A program made the translations under genes and the position numbers. Shown here in pieces: positions 39,598 through 49,456 of a stretch of DNA of 64,000 nt; the first letter of the stretch is position 1, and each line of letters opens with the position of its first letter. The notes beneath the pieces were generated by a model that saw only the letters and a list, made by a program, of their open reading frames with translations, was not told where the DNA came from and did no database searches. The stretch is taken from assembly GCA_963779865.1 (NCBI GenBank), contig CAVZZX010000003.1, forward strand, positions 1,924,429-1,988,428, read 5' to 3'. Origin of the DNA: an uncultured Gammaproteobacteria bacterium (GTDB lineage Bacteria; Pseudomonadota; Gammaproteobacteria; CAVZZX01).

Positions 39598-40062
39598 TCA
39601 GACGAGACCGGCCTTGTGCATGGCGCGGTGCTTGGCGGCGATGAAATCGCGATGCGGGACGTACAGCAGATCGGCGATCTTGCGCACCAGATGCTCCTCG
39701 TACTTGTCCAGCTCGCGGTCGGCAAAGGCGACCTGCCACATCAGCTCGATGAGGTGTGTCTTCTGCTCGGGGGAGAAGTGATCCTTGATGAGCGAGGTGA
39801 ACTGGTAGTGCGAGGTCGAATTGTTCGCCCGCCGCCCCGCCACGTCGATGAGCTCACTGGTGGCCTCCTCATCCAGGTCGAAGGTGCGCTGCACCGCACG
39901 GCGTAGCGCCTCCACCTCCGCGGCCTCCTCGCTGTGGTCGGCCCGTGCGGTTTCGATCAGCAGCGCGGCCGCCGCCAGCCGCACGCGCCGCTCCAGATCG
40001 GCCTCGGCCGCACCGTCCGTCTCGAGGTGCTGCGCAAAGAAGCGTTTTATGGCGTCTATCAT
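39598..40062 (-). CDS. TerB-family (tellurite resistance TerB-like) protein
   Basis: All-helical about 150 aa with TerB-like acidic pattern. Confidence 0.6.
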   Translation of the reverse strand: MIDAIKRFFAQHLETDGAAEADLERRVRLAAAALLIETARADHSEEAAEVEALRRAVQRTFDLDEEATSELIDVAGRRANNSTSHYQFTSLIKDHFSPEQKTHLIELMWQVAFADRELDKYEEHLVRKIADLLYVPHRDFIAAKHRAMHKAGLV

Positions 40063-40110
40063 GGGGATTCCTCCACTGCGTTCAGAATAGCAGGAGGGCG
40101 GCCGTCGTTC

Positions 40111-40992
40111 TCAGCCGCGCACCGCCTCCTCGGCCTCCGCCGCGGGCGGGGGCGGCAGTGCGGCGGCGGGGCTCACGGCCTGAATGTTGTAGGCCTGCAG
40201 CGCGCCCTCCTTCACGGCCGAGCGCCCGATGTCGAACTCGAAGATCACGTCATGGCTGGGCAGGGACGCCGCGCGCACGTGTTCGGGGAGGTCCGAATCG
40301 CTGAAGAAGATGGACCCGTAGGGCGAGTCCTCGCGGCGGCTGTCGGTGATCCACAGATTGCCACCCACGTGCTTGAGATAACGCAGGAAGCCGTAGCCCT
40401 CGCGGCTGTGAAAATAACAGGTGCCGCGCACGCGCGAATCGAGCTCGCCCCAGGCCGTGCGCTCCTGCCCCTTGGGCGCGACCAGGTTGGGAATCAGATA
40501 GCCGGAGACGAAAACGTCCGCCTCCCGGCGCAATTCGGCAGACACGTTGTCGAAGGCGACCACCTCGACGCGGCAGCCCTTGTTCTGCAACGCGCGCACC
40601 ACCTGCACGAAGTCGCCGTCGCCGGTCCCCAGCAGCACGCGCCCAAGGTTCTCCGACTGCAACAGCGCGTCGACGGCCATGTCGAGGTCGGCATTCGCCT
40701 TGGCATAGGCGTTGCCTTCGTCGTCGCGGTACCACTTGTAGTTCTTGACGATGACCTTGTAGCCGACGTCGCGCAGGGCGGAGAAGTAGCGGTGCGTCCG
40801 GGTCTTGTACGGGCGGTCGCGGCGGCCGCGCTCCTCGTCATAGGTGACGTAGGCGTTGAGCCGCACCGGCTCGCCGCCGTCGTGACAGGCGTACTCGCGC
40901 AGCACGTCGTACTGCATCCCGTAGCCGCCGTTGCTCTGCAGGTTGGCCGAGTCGACGTAGACGCCGACGCCGCTGCGGTTGAATGCCGCCAT
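40111..40992 (-). CDS. NYN (PIN-like) domain protein with C-terminal cold-shock domain
   Basis: NYN/LabA-like N-domain (VYVDSANL...LLGTGDGDF), C-terminal CSD (GTCYFHSREGYGFLRY...SIFFSDSDL). Confidence 0.7.
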   Translation of the reverse strand: MAAFNRSGVGVYVDSANLQSNGGYGMQYDVLREYACHDGGEPVRLNAYVTYDEERGRRDRPYKTRTHRYFSALRDVGYKVIVKNYKWYRDDEGNAYAKANADLDMAVDALLQSENLGRVLLGTGDGDFVQVVRALQNKGCRVEVVAFDNVSAELRREADVFVSGYLIPNLVAPKGQERTAWGELDSRVRGTCYFHSREGYGFLRYLKHVGGNLWITDSRREDSPYGSIFFSDSDLPEHVRAASLPSHDVIFEFDIGRSAVKEGALQAYNIQAVSPAAALPPPPAAEAEEAVRG

Positions 40993-41291
40993 CAGGCCTC
41001 GTTCTCGGCCGCCCCTACCCAGCCCTGCAGCGCGTCGATGATCTTCTGGGCCTGCTCGCGGCTGGAAATGTTGAATTTCGACTTCTGCCGAAATTCACCG
41101 TAGCGCTTCTGATAGCGCCGGATGGAATACTTCTCGGACCCGTAGTCGTTCGCCTTCGCGTCCCATTCCTGATAGCGGAACAGGATGGTCGTCCAGGCGC
41201 CGCGGGTGAGAACGACCTTGTCCAGCTCCTTGACCAGCTGGATGCCGCCCTCTTCGTAGTCGATGGTGATGTCCTCGATGTTCTCTGCCAT
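40992..41291 (-). CDS. Hypothetical small protein, translationally coupled to NYN-CSD gene
   Basis: 99-aa ORF; stop overlaps downstream start; no motif recognised. Confidence 0.45.
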   Translation of the reverse strand: MAENIEDITIDYEEGGIQLVKELDKVVLTRGAWTTILFRYQEWDAKANDYGSEKYSIRRYQKRYGEFRQKSKFNISSREQAQKIIDALQGWVGAAENEA

Positions 41292-41387
41292 CGCACCGCT
41301 CCGGTTGTGATCGAGGGGGCGGCGGCAGCGCCGCCGCGGGGGGAGCATGCTACTACAAATGGGCGCGCACGGGCGATGCCGCGGCGC

Positions 41388-42107
41388 TCAGTCCGCGGCG
41401 CGGCGCTGCGGCTTGAAGTCGAAGTAGGCCGAGAACTCGTCAAGATAGCGGCTGCGGTGAAAGACCCAGCCGGGCTCCTCGTCGAGCACCTTGACGAACA
41501 CCTCGCCGGCCAAGCGCAGGCCCAGCGCATGGAGCAGCAGCACCAGGGCCGTCTCGTAGAGCCGAAACAGCTGCTGGTTCAATCCCGCCGCGCCCAACTC
41601 CGAGCAGAAGCCGGGATAGGCGCCCTCCTCGAGCCGCGCCAGGCGCCGACCGAGCTCCTCGCGCGACAGCGGGTCGGCACGGCGGCAATCGTCGTAGAGG
41701 CGTCGTACGTCGGCCTGGAAGGCACGCCGCACATCGTCGCGGAAGGCGTCCAGGCGCAGCGCCACCAGCTTGTCCAAACCACTGTGCGCGACCTCGCCCT
41801 GCAACCGGTGCAGACGCTGCCCCATGGGCTGGCTACGCCACTGCTGGTCGACATAGACGGTCTGCACCAGCAGGCGCAGCAGGTGCCGGATCTCGCGCTG
41901 CACGGGCGTGTGCAGGCCCTCGCCGGCCAACCGAAAGATGGCCAGCGCGCACTGCACGACGTCGTCGAGCTGGCGCAGGGTGAGGGAGTTCGAGGCCGCC
42001 TCGCGCGAGCGTTGCGCGAACTTCCAGCAGTTCTGCACTCCGAAGAGGAAATCCCGCGTCAATGCGGCGAGACGGTCCTGCGGTTCGGAGCGGCGGCGCT
42101 GCTGCAT
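41388..42107 (-). CDS. Hypothetical protein
   Basis: About 240-aa ORF, helical; start at MQQRRR. Confidence 0.4.
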   Translation of the reverse strand: MQQRRRSEPQDRLAALTRDFLFGVQNCWKFAQRSREAASNSLTLRQLDDVVQCALAIFRLAGEGLHTPVQREIRHLLRLLVQTVYVDQQWRSQPMGQRLHRLQGEVAHSGLDKLVALRLDAFRDDVRRAFQADVRRLYDDCRRADPLSREELGRRLARLEEGAYPGFCSELGAAGLNQQLFRLYETALVLLLHALGLRLAGEVFVKVLDEEPGWVFHRSRYLDEFSAYFDFKPQRRAAD

Positions 42108-42174
42108 GCGTGGATCGGTCCGGTGGCCGGCGATTGGCCGGATTCTACCACCTTTGGCGGCCGCTTCGCCCCCC

Positions 42175-42465
42175 TCAGGGCGCGCGCGAGGAGAGGTGCT
42201 CGATGCGGGCACCGATGTCGTCGAAGATCTTCAGCAGGCCCTCGCCCGCGTCGTCCTGCACCCAGGCCTCGGCGTCGCGCGTGCGCAGCTCGACGAGGCG
42301 GTCCTCCGCCTGCAGACGCTCCTTGCGCAAGGTGTGGATCTCCTGGCGGTAGGCCTCGCGCTGCGCGGGCTCGGCCTGGGCCAGGCGCCGCTCCAGGCTG
42401 ACCAGCTCGCGGTCCCAGCGCGCCAGCCGCTGCTCCAGGTCCTCGATCAGCTCGTTGCGTTCCAT
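42175..42465 (-). CDS. Hypothetical coiled-coil protein
   Basis: 96-aa ORF, charged heptad-like sequence. Confidence 0.4.
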   Translation of the reverse strand: MERNELIEDLEQRLARWDRELVSLERRLAQAEPAQREAYRQEIHTLRKERLQAEDRLVELRTRDAEAWVQDDAGEGLLKIFDDIGARIEHLSSRAP

Positions 42466-42519
42466 TCGCTCGCTCCATGCCGCTGCCGGGGAAATACCAC
42501 TCAGGGAAGTATAGGCCCG

Positions 42520-43578
42520 CTACGGTGGGCCGACTGGATCGCCGATCACGTCCTCGATGTAGAGCAGGCGCACCGCCACCATGATGGCAACGGCCAGGGG
42601 TGTGGCGAGCAGCACCCCGAGCACGCCGGCCCAGACGCCCATGATGAGCTGCATGGTGAGCAGCAGCGCGGGGGGGATGGAGACGGCGCGCTGCTGGATG
42701 AAGGGCGTGATGAAGTAGCTCTCCACGGTCTGCACGCCGATATAGAGCAGCACGACATAGGCGGCCATCATCGGGCCGAGCGAGAGCGCGGTGAGCACGG
42801 CCGGCAGGGCGGAGACGATGGGCCCGATGTTCGGGACGAAGGACAGCAGCCCGGCGAGCACCGCCAGGGTGAAGGCGAGCGGCATGCCCAGCGCCATCAG
42901 GCCCGTCCAGGTGAGCACCCCGACCACGGTCATCGAGCTGATCCGCCCCAGCAGCCACCAGCGCAGGCTGTGGCCCTGGGCGGCGAGCACCTCGCGCGTG
43001 CGCTCCCGGCGGTGGTGCGGGATCAGCAGGATGAAGCTGTGCGTATAGACGCGTGGGTCGACGCTCAGGTAAAGCCCGATGACGATGATCACGAGCAGGC
43101 TGGTCAGCCCGCCGAGTGCGGTGGCGAAGATCCCCGCCAGATGCGAGAACACCTTGTCGCTGAGCCCTTCCTTGACCGAGCTGTAGGCGTGATTGAGGAG
43201 ACGCTGCAGCCATTCGACCTGACTGAGTTGCTGCGTGAACTGCTGCACCGATTGCGGGATATCCTGGGCGAGGCGGTCCAGCCCCTGCATGAGGTGGGGC
43301 CCCATCAGCCAAATCGCCGCACCGAGCAGGAGAAAGAAGGCCACATCCACCAGCAGCAGGGCCCAGCCCTCGCGCAGACGCGTGTGCGCGTGGATCACGT
43401 CGGCCAGCCCGCGCAGGCCCACGGCGAGCAACGTGCCGGCAAAGAACAGCAGCAACACCTGAAAGACCCGCCAGGCGAGCACGAGGATGGCGGTGACCAG
43501 GGCCACGATGCTGACCGCGATCAGCACCCGCCGCGTGAAGTCACCGTGCGGGGTGAGGGTTCGAACGTCCTTGTTCAT
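42520..43578 (-). CDS. AI-2E family transporter (PerM/YhhT-like)
   Basis: Multi-TM protein with AI-2E pattern; start at MNKDVRT. Confidence 0.75.
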   Translation of the reverse strand: MNKDVRTLTPHGDFTRRVLIAVSIVALVTAILVLAWRVFQVLLLFFAGTLLAVGLRGLADVIHAHTRLREGWALLLVDVAFFLLLGAAIWLMGPHLMQGLDRLAQDIPQSVQQFTQQLSQVEWLQRLLNHAYSSVKEGLSDKVFSHLAGIFATALGGLTSLLVIIVIGLYLSVDPRVYTHSFILLIPHHRRERTREVLAAQGHSLRWWLLGRISSMTVVGVLTWTGLMALGMPLAFTLAVLAGLLSFVPNIGPIVSALPAVLTALSLGPMMAAYVVLLYIGVQTVESYFITPFIQQRAVSIPPALLLTMQLIMGVWAGVLGVLLATPLAVAIMVAVRLLYIEDVIGDPVGPP

Positions 43579-44270
43579 GCGGATTCCTGCGCGCGGCCGT
43601 GGCGCGGGGCCGCCCAGCGGACCGCGTTGAGGAGCACGCGCTGCACCTCGGGCTGGTGGTATGTGGGATAGGTCTGGTCGCCCGGCCGGAAATAAAATAC
43701 CCGTCCCTTGCCCCGATAATAGCAACAGCCACTGCGGAAGACGTCGCCGCCGGCGAAGCCGCTCACCAGCACCAGCTCATCGGGCGCGGGGATGTCGAAG
43801 GGCTCGCCATAGGTCTCCTCGGCCGGGATGCGGAATCCACGGCCGAGCCCCGCTGCGATCGGATGCCCCGGCGCCACGCACCAGAGGTGCTCGCTCTCGC
43901 CCGCGTCGCGCCAGTGCAGGCTCCCGGAGGTGCCCATCAGGCGGCGGAAGATCTTCGAGTAGTGCCCCGAGTGCAGCACCAGCAGGCCCATCCCGGCGAG
44001 CACCGCCTGCTGGAGGCGGTCCACCAGGCCGTCCTCGACCGCCTCGTGGGCGCGATGCCCCCACCACAGCAGCACGTCGGTCACGGCGAGCGTCGCGGCG
44101 GGCAGCCCCTGTCCGGGCTGCTCCAGCGTCGCCGTGCCCACGGTCAGACCGGCCGCGCGCAGCGGTGCCGCAAGGGCGCCGTGCAGCCCCTCGGGATACA
44201 GGCCGGCCACGTGCGGGTCCTCGCGCTCGTGAACGTGCTCGTTCCAGACGGTCACGCTTGGCCGGTCCAC
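43575..44270 (-). CDS. ThuA-like (class I glutamine amidotransferase-like) protein
   Basis: N-term VTVWNEHVHE..., LLWWGH motif resembling ThuA family. Confidence 0.55.
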   Translation of the reverse strand: MDRPSVTVWNEHVHEREDPHVAGLYPEGLHGALAAPLRAAGLTVGTATLEQPGQGLPAATLAVTDVLLWWGHRAHEAVEDGLVDRLQQAVLAGMGLLVLHSGHYSKIFRRLMGTSGSLHWRDAGESEHLWCVAPGHPIAAGLGRGFRIPAEETYGEPFDIPAPDELVLVSGFAGGDVFRSGCCYYRGKGRVFYFRPGDQTYPTYHQPEVQRVLLNAVRWAAPRHGRAQESA

Positions 44271-44291
44271 GGCCGCCCTCCCTTGTTTGGG

Positions 44292-44948
44292 TCACCCACA
44301 GTCCTGCAGCCAGCGCCGCACCGCACCGCGCCGTTGCCGCCAGCGGCTGAGCTGGCGGGTCTCCGCCGCGAGTGGCCGCACCGTCAGCCCCTCCTCGCCC
44401 ATCTTCACCGCGAAACGCCGTGCCGCCCCGAGCGGCTGCGTGAAGTGGCCGTGGAGGAACACCGCCCTGATCTCCACCGTACCGAGATTGGCGACGAATT
44501 CCCGGAAGCGCGCATCGCTCGCCGCGCGCTCGGCACCGGTGTGTCCCACCGGCGCATGGATCACCCGCCGCAGCAAGGCGTCGAAGGTGCCCAGGGTGAT
44601 GAAATAGCCCGGCAGCACCGGCCCCTGCTTGAGCACGTCCTCGATGGCGATGTGGTCGTCACGCTCCGGACTGAAGCCCGCGTAGTCGGTGATTTTCTGC
44701 ACGACCTGCTTCCCGTCGAGCTCGAGCACCAGCATCACGCATTCAACGTGCACCGGTTCGGCGCTGAGGTTGCTGACGAAACAGGTGGACTCGGGCCCCG
44801 CGCCCTGTGCATGGATGTAGACCAGCGGCGTGCGCTGGCGCTGGTACGAGCGGTACAGGAGATTGGCGTAGAAGATCCAGACCAGCAGCAGGAGCACGTA
44901 GGTGAGGCTGGAGATCAGCTGGCTGTTCTGGCGCAACCACTCGAGCAT
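44292..44948 (-). CDS. Hypothetical membrane-anchored protein
   Basis: N-terminal TM helix then soluble domain. Confidence 0.4.
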   Translation of the reverse strand: MLEWLRQNSQLISSLTYVLLLLVWIFYANLLYRSYQRQRTPLVYIHAQGAGPESTCFVSNLSAEPVHVECVMLVLELDGKQVVQKITDYAGFSPERDDHIAIEDVLKQGPVLPGYFITLGTFDALLRRVIHAPVGHTGAERAASDARFREFVANLGTVEIRAVFLHGHFTQPLGAARRFAVKMGEEGLTVRPLAAETRQLSRWRQRRGAVRRWLQDCG

Positions 44949-45047
44949 CGGTCCTCCCTGACCGCATGTTGCGCGCCGCGACGCGGGCGCCGACTCGGTG
45001 GTAAGCCTAGCAGCCGACGCCGGAATCCCGGCGCGCCGGCCCCCCGA

Positions 45048-45413
45048 TCAGCCCCGCGGCAGGAACTCGCACAGCGTGTGCTCGGCCGCCGCGCGGATCG
45101 CCGGCCAACGGCGGTGGCCGCGCGCATCGGCGATCCGCTCGGGCGGCATCGACGTGAACAGCAGCCGTGCGTGCGCGGCCTCCTGCGCGCTGTCGGGCAG
45201 GAACAGCACCGCGAGACGACCGTCGTAGGCGGCGCTGCGATCCACCCGCCCGGCGGGGGTCAGGCGTGCGTAGAGCGGCTTGGCACAATAGTGGCCGAGG
45301 AAACGGCCAGCGCAGGCCAGCGGGGCGAAGTCCGCCGGACGCAGCGGATAGCGGAAGTAGTGCGCAACCTCGGGACGGCGGCGCAGCGCCGCAAGCAGGC
45401 GCTCATCGAGCAC
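45048..45413 (-). CDS. Hypothetical protein
   Basis: 121-aa ORF; no motif recognised. Confidence 0.35.
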   Translation of the reverse strand: MLDERLLAALRRRPEVAHYFRYPLRPADFAPLACAGRFLGHYCAKPLYARLTPAGRVDRSAAYDGRLAVLFLPDSAQEAAHARLLFTSMPPERIADARGHRRWPAIRAAAEHTLCEFLPRG

Positions 45414-45747
45414 CGCCGCGCGGCCCCTCGATCAGGCGATCGAAGCGGCGGATCAGCTCCAGCAGCGCCGCCGCCGCGCCGTCCCCCGCCAGCGGCGATT
45501 CCTCGGCATAGGCATGAATGCCGCTGCGGGCCGGCAGCGGTGCGCCGGCCTCGATGATCCGGTACATGCGCGGCAGGAAGATCCATTGCAGCCACTGCTC
45601 CAGCGAGAGACGGTCGCAGCAGAACGGCGCATCGCTCTGCAGTGCCTCGTCGGAGGGGGGCGTTGCCTCCCAGCGCTCGAGCCGGCGCAGTTCGAGCTCG
45701 ATGCGCAGCACCAGGTCGGCCGCGCGCGCGTGCTGCTCAGGCGCCAT
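45403..45747 (-). CDS. YqcC family protein (DUF446)
   Basis: Pattern LEQWLQWIFLPRM typical of YqcC. Confidence 0.55.
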   Translation of the reverse strand: MAPEQHARAADLVLRIELELRRLERWEATPPSDEALQSDAPFCCDRLSLEQWLQWIFLPRMYRIIEAGAPLPARSGIHAYAEESPLAGDGAAAALLELIRRFDRLIEGPRGGAR

Positions 45748-45967
45748 TGCCGCGCCCTGCGTGTGCCGCCGGCAGGATGTTGCAGCTGCCGGTCTCCGGG
45801 TCGTAGAGCAGCCAGGCCTCGCCGCGCTCGAGCTGGCGCCGCACCTGGTCCACCTTCCGGGCGAGCGGCACCTCTTGTGCGCCGTACTCCGTGCCCTCGC
45901 GGGTGACGAATTCCTCGATCACCGCCGCCAGGGTCTCCGCCGCGAGGGCCTCAGGGGGTATGCGCAT
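45737..45967 (-). CDS. YheU family protein (UPF0270)
   Basis: IPPEAL..ETL..VIEEFVTREGTEYG pattern as in E. coli YheU. Confidence 0.65.
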   Translation of the reverse strand: MRIPPEALAAETLAAVIEEFVTREGTEYGAQEVPLARKVDQVRRQLERGEAWLLYDPETGSCNILPAAHAGRGNGA

Positions 45968-46018
45968 AAACCCTCCATGTCGGGTCCAGTGTAGCAGCCC
46001 GGGCAGGGGCGGCGCGGC

Positions 46019-47089
46019 TCATGAGGAGGGCGCGCTGAGCAGTCGCCGCACCAGCGCCGTGCCCCTGGCGAGCACCCCCTCGCGCCAACGGCGCGAGGAC
46101 GGACAGAACGCCGTGCGCAGCCGCCGCTTGCTCGGATGGTCCAGGGTGCCGGCGCCGTAGTGATGCCAGCGGTTCTCCTCGCGCATCGCGTGCAGCACGC
46201 GCAGTGCGCCGCGCGTGCCGAATTCCTGGGTGAGCGCGGTGACGCGCACCCCCGGCAGCCAGTGCACGAGGGCCGGCGCCAGGCCGCCGCGGTTGAGGTA
46301 GCCGCTGCGCATCCCCGGCTCGACCCACTGCACCCACCGTACATCGGGCCCGAGCCGCGCCTGCAGTGCGGCCCGCTCGCCGCCGGCGGCCTCGACGAAC
46401 AGGGTCTGCCGGCCACCTCGCCCCAGTCCGGTGTGCACGTCCACGGCCCACACCTGCTCCACGCCGCGCAGGCGCCGCTGCAACCACTGGCGATAGCGGC
46501 GCGGTCCCTCCTCCAGCTCGCGGCCGCCGTAGAACAGGCCCTTCGGGTACTCGTACTGGCCGCCCGCCACCGCCGCCTGCAGCGCGCGGAAGCCGTGGCG
46601 CAGCACGGCCCCCACGGCCTGGCGATAAAAACCGTCGGACGCCGGCGGCGAGGCGGGGTTGAGCAGCGGGTCCAGCGCCCGATAGAACGGGGGGGCGCCG
46701 CACCAGGCCTCGCCCGGGCCGGGGCAGTTTCGGTTCAGGTCCACGTTGTGCTCGTTGACGCGCCGCAGCCAGGCCATGCCGAAGGGGTTGAGGGCGTGCA
46801 CCAGCACCAGTGCCTGGTCGGCGGCGAGCGGCGGCGGCTCGGCGAGCAGCGCCAGCTGCACCGCGGCGCCCGCGAAACCCTCGACGCCGTGCAGGCCGCA
46901 GGAGTGCAGCAACACGCGCCCCGCCCGCGCCGGCCCCAGCCAGGCGATGTCGATCCCCAACGCCTCGCCGCGGGGGCCGCGGCCGGAGAGCAGCAGGCTG
47001 TCGAAGCCGGCACCGGCGGCAGCCGCAGCGCGTCGGAAGCGCTCGCGGGCCAGCGCATAATCGGGCGAGAACCGTTCCGCGGCGGGCAT
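46019..47089 (-). CDS. DUF2817 / M14 carboxypeptidase-like protein
   Basis: Zn-binding-like HSCGLHGVEG, succinylglutamate desuccinylase/aspartoacylase-like fold pattern. Confidence 0.55.
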   Translation of the reverse strand: MPAAERFSPDYALARERFRRAAAAAGAGFDSLLLSGRGPRGEALGIDIAWLGPARAGRVLLHSCGLHGVEGFAGAAVQLALLAEPPPLAADQALVLVHALNPFGMAWLRRVNEHNVDLNRNCPGPGEAWCGAPPFYRALDPLLNPASPPASDGFYRQAVGAVLRHGFRALQAAVAGGQYEYPKGLFYGGRELEEGPRRYRQWLQRRLRGVEQVWAVDVHTGLGRGGRQTLFVEAAGGERAALQARLGPDVRWVQWVEPGMRSGYLNRGGLAPALVHWLPGVRVTALTQEFGTRGALRVLHAMREENRWHHYGAGTLDHPSKRRLRTAFCPSSRRWREGVLARGTALVRRLLSAPSS

Positions 47090-47091
47090 GG

Positions 47092-47790
47092 TCAGTACGA
47101 CTGCGGTGGGGCCCACAGGCGCACCCCGCTGCGCTTGAACACAGGCACGAGCAGCAGCCCGGCCACGAAGCCGCCGATGTGCGCGAACCAGGCCACCCCG
47201 CCTTCCTCCTGGGCCCCTGCCACCGAGCTGAACAGCTGCAGCGCAAACCACAGCGCCAGCACCAGGGCCGCCGGCAGCTTGATGAACAGGGGGATGAAGC
47301 CGAGCGGGATCAGCACCGTTACGCGGGCATGCGGGTGCAGCAGCAGGTAGGCGCCGAGGACCCCGGCGATGGCGCCGCTCGCCCCAATCATGGGCAGGGT
47401 GGAGTCCGGCGCGGGCAGGGATTGGGCGAGTGCGGCGGCGACGCCGCACAGCAGATAGAAGCCCAGGAACCGCGCATGGCCCATGGCGTCCTCGACATTG
47501 TTGCCGAAGATCCACAGGTAGAGCATGTTGCCGAGCAGGTGCAGCCAGCCGCCGTGCAGGAACATCGCCGTGAACACGGTGGCCGCGGGCGGCAGCACCG
47601 CCAGCTGCGGCGGCAGCCGCGCGTCGCCGAACAGGAGGGCCGGCACCAGACCAAAGCTGTAGGCGATGGCCTGCTGGGCCTGTTGTGGATGGGCGTTCTG
47701 CCACAGAAACACCAGCACGCAGGTCGCGATCAGGGCCACCGTGACCACCGGCGGGCGGCGCGTGGGGTTGTCATCGTGGAGCGGAATCAT
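47092..47790 (-). CDS. Rhomboid family intramembrane serine protease
   Basis: GxSG (GASGAIAG) and HIGG motifs in TM helices. Confidence 0.75.
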   Translation of the reverse strand: MIPLHDDNPTRRPPVVTVALIATCVLVFLWQNAHPQQAQQAIAYSFGLVPALLFGDARLPPQLAVLPPAATVFTAMFLHGGWLHLLGNMLYLWIFGNNVEDAMGHARFLGFYLLCGVAAALAQSLPAPDSTLPMIGASGAIAGVLGAYLLLHPHARVTVLIPLGFIPLFIKLPAALVLALWFALQLFSSVAGAQEEGGVAWFAHIGGFVAGLLLVPVFKRSGVRLWAPPQSY

Positions 47791-47891
47791 TGCTGTACCT
47801 TCGGAGCGCGCCTCGATTCTGCGGGCTCGGGCCGCGCGGGTCCAGGCGGCCGGGTTGCCGCCGCGCCCCCGCTGCCCCAACATAGCGCATC

Positions 47892-49277
47892 ATGATGTCC
47901 CGAGCCGTCCCCTCCTCGCTGGCGTTTCTCGCCGGCGCCGCGCTGCTGGTCACCGCCGCGATGCCGCTGCGCGCGCACGCGGCCGCGGCCGCCACCCGCC
48001 TGAGCCTCTATCGCGACGGGCTCGCCCTGGTGCAGGAGCAGCGCCACACCGCCCTGCAGAAGGGAGAGAACGAGGTCGCCTTCGGCGACCTGAGCCGGCA
48101 ACTGCAGGCCGACACCGTGTTGCTCGAGCCCGGTGCGCCGGGCGTGCACGTCGTGCAGCAGCGCTTCGAGGCGGGCGGTCTCACCCCGGAACGCCTGCTG
48201 CAGGCCTATATGGGCAGGCGCATCGAGCTGGTGCGCACCAACCCGGTCACCGGCAAGGAGCAGCGCGAACCCGCCCGCGTGTTGAGTACCCAGGGCGGGC
48301 TGGTCCTGCAGCTCGGGGACCGGGTCGAGACCGGCGTCAGCGGCCGGCTGTCCTTTCCCGGCGTTCCGCCGACGCTGCACCGAGGCCCGCAGCTGCAGGC
48401 GCGGATCGCGGCGGCGCATGGCGGCCGGGCCGCTATCGAGCTGAGCTATCTCACGGGCGGGCTCGGCTGGGACGCCGATTACGCGGCCGAGCTCGAGGGC
48501 GACCGGATGCAGCTGCACGCCCGCGCCCGCATCCGCAACGACACCGGCGTGGACTTCCAGGCCGCCCGCGTGCGTCTCATCGCGGGCAGCCCGCACCGGG
48601 TGGCCGCCCCCGCGCCACAGCTCTACGCCGCACAGCGTGCCGGCGCATCGGCGGGCGCGCGCACCAGGAGCTTCGAATACCACCGCTACGCGCTGCCCGG
48701 GACCTTGACCCTGCCGGCCGGCACGACGTTGCAGACGTCGCTCTTCGAGCAAGCGCACGTCCGCGTCGAGCACGGCTACCTGCTGGAGGGGGACCCGGCG
48801 CCGTTTCGCATCCGGCGCCCCGAGCGGGAGGCACTTGCGGTGCAGACGCGGCTGCACTGGCGCAGCGCCGCCCCCGTGCCCGCCGGGGTGCTGCGCGTCT
48901 ACCGCCGCGCCGCGGACGGCGGGCGCGAGTTCCTGGGCGAGGCGCGCATCGGCCCCGCACCGGCCGGCGCCCCCATCGACGTCCCTCTCGGGCAGGCCTT
49001 CGACCTGCGCGCCGAGCGCGTGCAGACGGTGTATGAACGCCGCGCCACCGTGGCGCCCTACGAGCACGCCGTCCTCAGTGCCTATGCCATCTCCCTGCAC
49101 AACGCCGGCGCCCGCGCGGTGAGCGTCACCGTGCGCGAGCCCATCCCCGGCGACTGGCACATCGAGCAGGAGAGCCATCCGCATCAGCGCACCTCGGCCG
49201 GCACGGCCCAATGGCAGCTGCAGGTTCCGGCGCATGGCGAGACGGTGCTCCGTTACCGCGTCCTGAGTCGCTCCTAG
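47892..49277 (+). CDS. DUF4139 (MuiA-like) protein with signal peptide
   Basis: Signal peptide, about 460 aa beta-rich with conserved N- and C-terminal segments. Confidence 0.6.
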   Translation: MMSRAVPSSLAFLAGAALLVTAAMPLRAHAAAAATRLSLYRDGLALVQEQRHTALQKGENEVAFGDLSRQLQADTVLLEPGAPGVHVVQQRFEAGGLTPERLLQAYMGRRIELVRTNPVTGKEQREPARVLSTQGGLVLQLGDRVETGVSGRLSFPGVPPTLHRGPQLQARIAAAHGGRAAIELSYLTGGLGWDADYAAELEGDRMQLHARARIRNDTGVDFQAARVRLIAGSPHRVAAPAPQLYAAQRAGASAGARTRSFEYHRYALPGTLTLPAGTTLQTSLFEQAHVRVEHGYLLEGDPAPFRIRRPEREALAVQTRLHWRSAAPVPAGVLRVYRRAADGGREFLGEARIGPAPAGAPIDVPLGQAFDLRAERVQTVYERRATVAPYEHAVLSAYAISLHNAGARAVSVTVREPIPGDWHIEQESHPHQRTSAGTAQWQLQVPAHGETVLRYRVLSRS

Positions 49278-49456
49278 GACGGGGGCAAGCGGGCAGCGTT
49301 TCTCGCGCTTCACGCAACCGCGCTACACTCCAGAGACATCGCCATGGGTATCAGCCTCGACAGCGCAGGGCACGAGCGCCCCGGAGCGTGCCGCCCTCCC
49401 GTGGACCGGCCCGCCCGGGGCGCGCCGGGCGCACGCGCGGGCCGCTAGGGCCTCCC

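Noticed and set aside
46136-47350. 404-aa plus-strand ORF antisense to the DUF2817 and rhomboid genes
   Set aside because: Low-complexity translation; opposite-strand genes have clear motifs
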